A DNA stretch of 32,000 bases, taken from NCBI GenBank assembly GCA_964396455.1, contig CAYNFG010000004.1, forward strand, positions 4,161 to 36,160, given 5' to 3'. The notes under the pieces are model-generated. The model saw only the letters and a list, made by a program, of their open reading frames with translations. It did no database searches and had not been told where the DNA came from. Of the stretch, positions 25,723 through 32,000 are shown piece by piece (position 1 is the stretch's first letter; each line of letters begins with the position of its first letter). Position numbers and translations under genes: made by a program. The DNA is from an uncultured Nitrososphaeria archaeon (GTDB lineage: Archaea; Thermoproteota; Nitrososphaeria_A; Caldarchaeales; Wolframiiraptoraceae).

Positions 25723-27183
25723 TTATTCTGCTGGGCGGACGCCGAGCCTAACGCCCCTAACCCGTATATGTGGTCCGCCGAACCAGACCGGTATCCCCTG
25801 CATGGGATCTCCCTTACCGCAGTAGCCTGCGAAGAACTCTATATCCTTTCCAACGGCATCTATCGCTGAGTAGAGGCTTTTCGTGGTAAGCTCTATCACG
25901 GGATTCCTCACGGGTTCTCGAAGCTCTCCATCGACTATCCTATACGCCTCAACGCCTACATATCTCTGATTCCAGCGCTGGTCATCTATATTCCACTCTT
26001 GATAGCTTTTCACATAGACGCCCTCCCTAATATCCTCGACCAACTCTTGGAAGGAGTAGTCGCCCGGCTTCATATACGTATTCGACATCCTTATGATCGG
26101 CTCATAATCGTATCCAGCGGCCCTAGCAGCGCCATTACTTTCCACGCCGAAGATTGCCGCCGTCTCCCGATTATGTAGAAGCTCCTTGATCACTCCGGAG
26201 TCTATTAGCCTCCTCTCCCTCCCCTCGACGCCCTCATCGTCATAGGGCTGATAGCCGAAGGATCTGGGGATCGTCGGATCATCAACTATCGTAACCTTCT
26301 CCGATCCTATCCTAGCCCCGAGAAGCTCCGGCCTAATATAGCTCTCGCCGCCTTGCGCAGCCTCCCTCCCCAAAACCCTATCCGCCTCAGAAGGATGACC
26401 AGCGGATTCATGGCAGATTATGCCGACAAGCTCCGGGCCGAGAATAAGATCGACAGGATCTTTCGGCGGCGAGACGCCTTCCAACAAGACTCTCGATATC
26501 GAGGAGACCTCCTCCGGAATCTTCTCGACTAGTCTCCAAGACTCGACGGCCTCCCAACCCCTAGACTCTCCCAGATGCTCGAACCTCTGGATGGAGCCTG
26601 CTCCAGGAGAGCTTAGCGTTATAAAGTACTCGAACATCACTCTCGGAATCTTTAGATAGACATCCGCTCCATCGCTTGTCAATAGACGCTTCTCCATATC
26701 CCACCTCTTAAGCTCGAAGAACCTCGAGGTCGCTTTGACGCCCTTCCTCGTCCCAGCCTCGACCACGCTCCCATCTATATCCTTCAAGAACTCTATCTTC
26801 GCATCCAGATCCACGGCATCAAATCTTATCCTAGGCTTAACCTCCACCTTGGCTTGAGCCAGCCTCCCCTCCGCAAGCTTAATCTTATTCTTGAGGAGCT
26901 TGGTAGAAGCCCTAGCAATCGAGACCGCGGATCTAACGATAGATCTTATCGAGGAGCGCTTAAGCTCGCTAGTCGATGCGAATCCTAACCCGCCATCGAT
27001 AAGCACCCTAACCCCAATACCCTCATCGATAGATCTAGCTGAAATCTCTGGAACCCCGTTCTTTAGAAGAATTACCTCTTCAAGATCTTTCTGATACCTA
27101 GCCTCGGCATAGTCTGCGCCAAGCTTCAAAGCCTCATCGATGGCATACCTAAGTAAATCATCCATATCCGGCAATCGGATCAA
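25723..27183 (-). CDS. tldD: TldD-family metalloprotease
   Basis: HESAGHPSEAD (HExxxH-type TldD motif) and a C-terminal GYCGKG...VRGV block. TTG at 27183, with an alternative ATG at 27165. Confidence 0.85.
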   Translation of the reverse strand: MIRLPDMDDLLRYAIDEALKLGADYAEARYQKDLEEVILLKNGVPEISARSIDEGIGVRVLIDGGLGFASTSELKRSSIRSIVRSAVSIARASTKLLKNKIKLAEGRLAQAKVEVKPRIRFDAVDLDAKIEFLKDIDGSVVEAGTRKGVKATSRFFELKRWDMEKRLLTSDGADVYLKIPRVMFEYFITLSSPGAGSIQRFEHLGESRGWEAVESWRLVEKIPEEVSSISRVLLEGVSPPKDPVDLILGPELVGIICHESAGHPSEADRVLGREAAQGGESYIRPELLGARIGSEKVTIVDDPTIPRSFGYQPYDDEGVEGRERRLIDSGVIKELLHNRETAAIFGVESNGAARAAGYDYEPIIRMSNTYMKPGDYSFQELVEDIREGVYVKSYQEWNIDDQRWNQRYVGVEAYRIVDGELREPVRNPVIELTTKSLYSAIDAVGKDIEFFAGYCGKGDPMQGIPVWFGGPHIRVRGVRLGVRPAE

Positions 27184-27211
27184 CGATCGAGGATAAATAT
27201 AAAGGCTAAAA

Positions 27212-27272
27212 GCGGATCAGCCGGTCAATCCCATCATCATAAGCTCAGCCGATGCGGGCTATCATCACCAAG
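27212..27272 (-). ncRNA. C/D box sRNA (2'-O-methylation guide)
   Basis: The minus strand reads gTGATGA-tagcccgcatcgg-CTGA-gctta-TGATGA-tgggattgaccgg-CTGA. Consensus C (27267-27262), D' (27248-27245), C' (27239-27234) and D (27220-27217) boxes. Both guide spacers are 13 nt and the D'-C' linker is 5 nt. Located in the intergenic region between the metE-like stop and the tldD start, with TATA-like sequence about 20-30 nt upstream. Confidence 0.75.
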
Positions 27273-27395
27273 ATAAGGCTAGTCTATATGGTCTTAAATC
27301 CTTTTCCCGAGCCGAGGAGAATCTCAGCATCTCCGAGGAAGATATGGGCTACGACCATGATCGATTTCTACGAACAATCATGGAGAGGTTGCAGC

Positions 27396-28376
27396 CTATC
27401 CAAATCTCACCTCCGCCTCCGCCAAAACCCTGCCCAAGGCATCAAGTTTCCTGACAGCTTCAGGATACGGAATAAAATTGAGCCAAGAACTCGTGGAAAA
27501 GATTAGAAGATCCGTAGATATCTTATCGAGCAACTCGCTAACCCTATAGACTATTTCCCTCGGATCTATCGGAGATACGCTTCTAGAATCTATAACACCC
27601 AAGCTTAGAAGCTTTCCATCGAATCCGTATTCGGACAAGGCTTCTCTAGCAGAATATGCTCTAGATGTTAAATCGAGATGGAGACCTGCCTTTAGATCGA
27701 GTAGTAGCGAGTATTTCTCAGCGTCGAGGTTGAAGTATGTGGCGACGATAAGCTTCTCTCCCGAGATATTCACTCGAGTTAAAAGCTCATTCACGATATC
27801 TATCCCTCTAAGCCTATCGACCCGGCTAAGCTCCGGATCGACCAGCGAGGGCTCATCTATCTGGACGAAATCAGCGACTTCGCCGAGCATACTGATCTCG
27901 GATTTCAAAGCCTTGATAAGATCATCGATTAAGAGGTCATCCGAGTCGTAGAAAAGGCTCTCTGAAAGTTTTAGGAAGGTATATGGTCCGGGGACGATGG
28001 CCTTGATCAGCCTCGAGGTATACTGCCTCAATTCCTGAACCTCCCTAATGGTTATCGGCTTACTCCAAGTTATCCGGCCGACGATAATCGGGCGGCGATA
28101 ATAGATGTTGCTGTCGAAGAATCTCGAAAGCCCTCCAAGCTCGATCCCAGAAAATCCTACCGCAAATGGTCTTAGGGGGTCATGCCATGTAAGCAGCCCG
28201 CTCGTTAAGATGCTCATACCAGAATTCTCCTGCAATCTTATAATCTCTTGGAGAGAGCATTCCGCAATCCCCTTGAAAACGTCATGGCTAATCTTACCGA
28301 GCTCAAGAGCATCAAAGGCTTCATTCAATTCCCGCGGCCTTGGAAAGCCTCCACATATCCCGGCGAGAAGCCTCAT
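27396..28376 (-). CDS. MetE-family (cobalamin-independent methionine synthase-like, COG0620) protein lacking zinc ligands
   Basis: GGFPRPRELNEAFD and VQIDEPSLV motifs of the MetE/UROD-like barrel. The only two Cys (residues 8 and 40) are both N-terminal. The H-x-C and PDCG positions read ATYFN and TSSWL. Confidence 0.65.
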   Translation of the reverse strand: MRLLAGICGGFPRPRELNEAFDALELGKISHDVFKGIAECSLQEIIRLQENSGMSILTSGLLTWHDPLRPFAVGFSGIELGGLSRFFDSNIYYRRPIIVGRITWSKPITIREVQELRQYTSRLIKAIVPGPYTFLKLSESLFYDSDDLLIDDLIKALKSEISMLGEVADFVQIDEPSLVDPELSRVDRLRGIDIVNELLTRVNISGEKLIVATYFNLDAEKYSLLLDLKAGLHLDLTSRAYSAREALSEYGFDGKLLSLGVIDSRSVSPIDPREIVYRVSELLDKISTDLLIFSTSSWLNFIPYPEAVRKLDALGRVLAEAEVRFG

Positions 28377-28421
28377 TCCAGCCCGGCTACTAGATTTCCA
28401 GCACCGGAAGATAAACAGTTC

Positions 28422-29480
28422 TCAGAATAGGAGGTTGCGTCGAACCGCCTCCGGGAGAGGTTTTCCATAGATCGCGATAGGATATCCGCAGAATTTACAT
28501 CTATTCTTCTCATCGAGCCTCCATGAGAGTATGTCGAAGCCATATCTCTCTATCACCACTTCTCCGCATTCCGGGCATATCGTATTCTCGTATGGATGGC
28601 CTGGAACGTTGCCTAGATAAACATATCTCATCCCCTCCTGCCTTGCGACCTCGTAATGCTTTTCAAGGGTTTTAACAGGGGTTGGAGGGATATCCAATAG
28701 CTTGTAATCGGGATGAAATCTTAGGAAATGGATTGGGACGTCTGGGCCGAGGTTATCATATATCCATCTTACCAGCCTTCTAGCCTGATCTAGGTTATCG
28801 CCTATTCTGGGGACGACTAAATCGGTTATCTCTATATGTGTCCTCGTCTTATCCCTCAGCTCTAGGAGGGTTTCGTAGATCGGCTCGGGATCCGGGACGC
28901 TTGCAAATTTCCTTAGGAAGTTCGGATCTCCATTACCTTTGAAATCGACTGTAGCCGCGTCTAGGAAGTCCTTTGCTTCTTTTACGGAGTCGGGCGTCCA
29001 GTAGCCATTCGTCACGAATACGTTTATCATTCCCTCTCTTCTCGCTAATACTCCGATGTCGTGAGCGTATTCCATGAAGATCGTTGGCTCATTATAGGTG
29101 TAGGCTATTCCATCACTTCTATACTGCTTCGCCATCTTAACCACAAGCTCCGGCGAGGCATCCGCCCCCTCAACCTTCCTCCTCTGGCTAATATCATAAT
29201 TCTGACAATATTGACAAGCCCAATTACATCCGGTCGTCGCAATAGAGAATACTTTGGCGCCCGGGGAGAAGTGCATTACAGGCTTCTTCTCGATCGGATC
29301 GACGTGAGCGGCTATGATCTTGCCATAAACATAGAGATATAAGGTTCCGTCGACGTTCCCCCTCACCCCGCAGAATCCTGTCTGCCCAGGCTTAAGCCTA
29401 CAATATCTAGGACAAGCCCTACACATCACGATCTCATCGCCAAGCCTCTCATATAGTCTAGCAGGAGCGCCGGTAACCAT
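28422..29480 (-). CDS. AmmeMemoRadiSam-system-type radical SAM enzyme (PflA-like, COG1180)
   Basis: N-terminal CRACPRYC...GFCGVR cluster, radical [14 protein letters not shown], and a C-terminal CPECG...CKFCG ribbon. Confidence 0.8.
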   Translation of the reverse strand: MVTGAPARLYERLGDEIVMCRACPRYCRLKPGQTGFCGVRGNVDGTLYLYVYGKIIAAHVDPIEKKPVMHFSPGAKVFSIATTGCNWACQYCQNYDISQRRKVEGADASPELVVKMAKQYRSDGIAYTYNEPTIFMEYAHDIGVLARREGMINVFVTNGYWTPDSVKEAKDFLDAATVDFKGNGDPNFLRKFASVPDPEPIYETLLELRDKTRTHIEITDLVVPRIGDNLDQARRLVRWIYDNLGPDVPIHFLRFHPDYKLLDIPPTPVKTLEKHYEVARQEGMRYVYLGNVPGHPYENTICPECGEVVIERYGFDILSWRLDEKNRCKFCGYPIAIYGKPLPEAVRRNLLF

Positions 29481-29561
29481 TCCAGCATAGATATCCGAAT
29501 AGCTCGATAATAAGCATAGCCGGAGGATGATAGAGATAAATCTCGGCGGATTGGGGAAAGC

Positions 29562-29984
29562 TTGGTGAAGGGAGTCTATCTACTCTTCCTCAAGCTAAGT
29601 AAAAGAACGAGGATTAAAGTCGGAAGCCTCGGATACATCTCGTTCGACAAGGGGTTATACGTCTACGTCGGCTCAGCCCAGAATAATCTTGAGAAGAGGG
29701 TGATGAGACATATGTCTAAGGGGAAGAAGATCAAATGGCACATAGACTATCTAACCTCAAACAAGAACGCTAGGATAATCGCTACCTACGCCTATAAGCT
29801 TGAGAAGAGATACGAATGCATTATAGCAGACTACCTATCCAAGAACTGCCTCGAAGAAATACCTAGATTTGGAAGCTCGGATTGTAGATGCCGGAGCCAT
29901 TTATTCAGGCTCAAAGATGATGTTGAGGAGATATGCTCAAGGATTTCTAGAATGGTTGGAGTAAATCCCGTTAAAATAATCTAG
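29562..29984 (+). CDS. DUF123 / GIY-YIG (Uri) superfamily nuclease-like protein
   Basis: GVYLLF...[20 protein letters not shown]...KWHIDYL signature and a C-terminal [14 protein letters not shown] start. Confidence 0.7.
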   Translation: MVKGVYLLFLKLSKRTRIKVGSLGYISFDKGLYVYVGSAQNNLEKRVMRHMSKGKKIKWHIDYLTSNKNARIIATYAYKLEKRYECIIADYLSKNCLEEIPRFGSSDCRCRSHLFRLKDDVEEICSRISRMVGVNPVKII

Positions 29985-30199
29985 ACCTTCTTCCTCTTAT
30001 GCGACCTCCTCCCACCCCCATCATTAATCTTCTGGATTATCATCTTGGAGGAGTTCACGTCAACCGAGATCAATAGCTCATCCCCCTCATTAAATGGGAA
30101 TTGGCTATCGTGAGCAAGCTTCGAGGGAATGTGTATGTAGTAGTATTCGTTCCCGCTGACATGTACCTTCTTCCTAAGATGGCTCTTAGCCCTCAGCAT
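29981..30199 (-). CDS. Small basic protein, possibly with an AbrB/SpoVT-like swapped-hairpin DNA-binding fold
   Basis: YIHIPSKLAHDSQFPFNEGDELLISVDVNSSKMIIQK resembles the AbrB/MazE pattern (IPk...gl.eGD.l.i). Basic tail [14 protein letters not shown] and TTTTTATATG lie upstream. Confidence 0.4.
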   Translation of the reverse strand: MLRAKSHLRKKVHVSGNEYYYIHIPSKLAHDSQFPFNEGDELLISVDVNSSKMIIQKINDGGGRRSHKRKKV

Positions 30200-30350
30200 G
30201 ATCTCAGCCTCCGGCAGTAATTTTGGAGGGAATTTTGCATATAAAAATTGTGGGTAAAAAGCGTTACCGCCCCCATTTAAAGCTTCATTAAAACCTTCCG
30301 CTCAAGCTTTTTATCCTCGAAGAAGCCTACCTAGATTTAAGCCTGAGAAC

Positions 30351-30572
30351 ATGGGACGGGTGAAAACTCGGAAGGTTAAGGTCTTGGCAAAGGAGATCAT
30401 GGAGAGGTTTCCGGATAGGGTATCCGCGGATTTCGAGCTTAATAAGCTATTGGTCGGCGAAGTCCTGACAGGACAGATCTCTAAAAAGCTTAGGAATCAG
30501 ATAGCGGGATATATAACGAGGCTGGTAAGGAAGAAGCTTGAAGAAGCCGAGGAGGCTGAGCAGGCGGTATAA
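30351..30572 (+). CDS. rps17e: Ribosomal protein eS17 (S17e)
   Basis: MGRVKTRKVKVLAKEIMERFPDRVSADFELNK...NQIAGYITRL matches the eS17 N-terminal domain. Confidence 0.9.
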   Translation: MGRVKTRKVKVLAKEIMERFPDRVSADFELNKLLVGEVLTGQISKKLRNQIAGYITRLVRKKLEEAEEAEQAV

Positions 30573-30573
30573 G

Positions 30574-30618
30574 AATCCTAAAAGGATTAAGCTAAATACT
30601 TGAATGAGGTAGGTTTTT
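30574..30618 (+). terminator. Hairpin (AATCCT-aaa-AGGATT, 30574-30588) followed by a T5 tract (30614-30618) after rps17e
   Basis: A perfect 6-bp inverted repeat starts 2 nt after the TAA. A T-run follows downstream. It could instead be a processing signal for the adjacent sRNA. Confidence 0.3.
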
Positions 30619-30620
30619 AT

Positions 30621-30681
30621 GTCCCGATGATGAAGATGACCTGCTCGGAGCCTGATGAGGAGCATGCACCTCTCTGAGGGG
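30621..30681 (+). ncRNA. Candidate C/D box sRNA
   Basis: aTGATGA (C, 30627-30633), 12 nt, cgGA (degenerate D', 30646-30649), gcc, TGATGA (C', 30653-30658), 15 nt, CTGA (D, 30674-30677). CCC/GGG flanks could form a terminal stem. The 3' 11 nt of the D guide (30663-30673) are complementary, with one G-U pair, to the conserved archaeal 16S segment GGAGGTGCATG as I recall it. Confidence 0.55.
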
Positions 30682-30699
30682 GTTCAGGAGAAGATTAGG

Positions 30700-30966
30700 G
30701 TGAGGGTTAAGATTTTAGGCCCTTTAAAGGAGGTTAGTGATAGGGATGTTTTCGAGTTCGATGTTAGGCGTGGCGAGAGCCTTTTATTGATATTAAGAAT
30801 GCTTCCTGAGAGGCTTAGGGATAGGGTTTTTGATGGAGATGAGCTTGCTCCAGATCTCTTGGTTTTGGTGAATGGCGTGGATGTTTCCTGTCTAGGGGCT
30901 ATCGAGGAGGTTAATGTGGAGGAGGATGGTGAGATAGTTATTATTCCTGTTATACATGGGGGATAG
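30700..30966 (+). CDS. MoaD/ThiS-family ubiquitin-like protein (SAMP-like) ending in Gly-Gly
   Basis: VRVKILGPLKE... beta-grasp pattern, then EDGEIVIIPVIHGG-stop. I prefer the in-frame GTG at 30700 (AGGAG 9 nt upstream) to the track ATG at 30655, which lies inside the C' box of the sRNA candidate. Confidence 0.7.
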   Translation: MRVKILGPLKEVSDRDVFEFDVRRGESLLLILRMLPERLRDRVFDGDELAPDLLVLVNGVDVSCLGAIEEVNVEEDGEIVIIPVIHGG

Positions 30967-30969
30967 GCT

Positions 30970-31539
30970 TTGAAGATAATCAGCATAGGGGATAAGTGGA
31001 TCGCTGCTGGCGTAAATAGAGATCCGAGGGTTACGTTGTTAGAAGATCCGATGCAGATGTTGGAGCGGTTGAGGAGTAGCTCAAGCGGGCTAATTATCCA
31101 GATCTTTGATGCTACCCCAGTCGTATCTGTTAGGCAGATTCACGCCGCAGCGGTCGCGACCTACCTCGCATTCAAGGCTGGGACGAACATCTCTAAAAAG
31201 TTTGAGATAGAGTTTCTTCTAAGGCTTGCTGCCGATACGCAGATAAACAGGGCGATTAAGAGGCTTGGGGTTAAGCCCGATAGCAGGGAGGTCGGATTCT
31301 GTATAATCGGCGATGATGAAAGAATCGTGTCAAAGACCGCAGATTATGCTTCGCAGATTATAGGTGGATCGGATATGAGCGATGAGGAGTTAAGGGCTGA
31401 GGAGAGATTGGAGAAGGCGGTAGAGTTTTATGGTATAAGTGAGGCGGAGATCGAGTCTGTCCAGGCTCCGAGCAAGGCGGACGCCATACTGCTTCTGATA
31501 CTGGAGCATATAGCAACCCTAGATCTGAAAAGAAGATGA
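30970..31539 (+). CDS. cgi121: KEOPS complex subunit Cgi121
   Basis: IQIFDATPVVSVRQIHAAAVATYLAFKAGTNISKKFEIEFLLRLAADTQINRAIKRLGV matches the Cgi121 core pattern. TTG start 3 nt after the SAMP-like stop. Confidence 0.65.
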   Translation: MKIISIGDKWIAAGVNRDPRVTLLEDPMQMLERLRSSSSGLIIQIFDATPVVSVRQIHAAAVATYLAFKAGTNISKKFEIEFLLRLAADTQINRAIKRLGVKPDSREVGFCIIGDDERIVSKTADYASQIIGGSDMSDEELRAEERLEKAVEFYGISEAEIESVQAPSKADAILLLILEHIATLDLKRR

Positions 31540-31546
31540 ATATGCT

Positions 31547-31954
31547 CTATTCTTCTCCTTGAGAGGCGGCGGCTTTAGCAAGCTTATCAGCATGCATGTT
31601 TTCGATTCTTCGGATATGCTCAATCCTAAACAGCCTGAACCTTGATGCTATAGTGCTGAGGAGCTTATGAAGCTGTTTAAGCCTAGGGTTGCGGACTCTA
31701 TACTCTCCTCTTAGTTGCTTGACTAGGAGCTTGCTATCCGAGTAAAGTTCGACCTCATCCGCATCTAGGCTGAGAGCCTCCTTCAGAGCCTCTATCGCCG
31801 CTATATACTCGGCCTCATTATTCGTTCTCACGCCTATGAACTTAGCCCTCTCAACGATTATGCGATTATCCATATCAAGTATGATGTATCCTATCCCGGC
31901 TAGACCCGGATTACCTCTAGAACAGCCATCCGAAAAGATTTTCAGCTTCCTCAA
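31547..31954 (-). CDS. rnhA: Ribonuclease HI (type 1 RNase H)
   Basis: DEDD residues in context: FSDGCSRGNPG, NNEAEYIA, YSDSKL, NMHADKLA. 135 aa, TTG start. Confidence 0.85.
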   Translation of the reverse strand: MRKLKIFSDGCSRGNPGLAGIGYIILDMDNRIIVERAKFIGVRTNNEAEYIAAIEALKEALSLDADEVELYSDSKLLVKQLRGEYRVRNPRLKQLHKLLSTIASRFRLFRIEHIRRIENMHADKLAKAAASQGEE

Positions 31955-32000
31955 GCCGCGGTCTTCGGCTCAAGCTTTCTTATTATTATGCGATAGCTCT

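Noticed and set aside
25723-27183. TldD without an adjacent TldE/PmbA partner as a possible anomaly.
   Set aside because: The partner gene is often unlinked, and the window cannot show its absence from the genome.
1-32000. Search for tRNA, rRNA, CRISPR repeats, IS elements, integrases and prophage genes.
   Set aside because: No intergenic space is large enough except the four examined (7327-7591, 27184-27395, 30200-30350, 19838-19971). None shows cloverleaf potential, a regularly spaced direct-repeat array or terminal inverted repeats flanking a transposase.

Overview
Gene-dense core chromosomal region of an archaeon, about 50% GC, with roughly 40 protein genes and many 4-nt start/stop overlaps. 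Archaeal hallmarks present: ribosomal proteins eS27, eL42 (L44e) and eS17, aIF2-alpha, Nop10, Alba, AglB/STT3, Sec61-beta, Cgi121, and the large subunit of DNA polymerase D. PolD argues against Thermoprotei (classical Crenarchaeota). AGG/AGA/ATA/CTT-rich codon usage suggests a thermophilic TACK or Korarchaeota-like lineage; that placement is inference only. I found no tRNA, rRNA, CRISPR array, transposase, integrase or obvious defence island.

Most interesting items:
1. A three-gene operon (4228-7326) encodes an unusually short, cysteine-free, hinge-less SMC5/6-like ATPase (585 aa), followed by a ScpA-like kleisin and a tandem winged-helix (KITE/ScpB-like) protein.
2. Two C/D box sRNA candidates are absent from the ORF-only track, at 27212-27272 (-) and 30621-30681 (+). 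The second overlaps the ORF track's start for a MoaD/SAMP-like gene. One of its guides is complementary to a conserved archaeal 16S segment as I recall it.
3. A class-III aminotransferase homologue has its Schiff-base lysine and PLP-contacting aspartate replaced.
4. A MetE-like protein lacking any possible zinc site sits directly downstream of an AmmeMemoRadiSam-type radical SAM enzyme.
5. The largest intergenic region, just after the SMC operon, is dense in palindromes.

All family assignments rest on motif recognition by eye. No database search was run.
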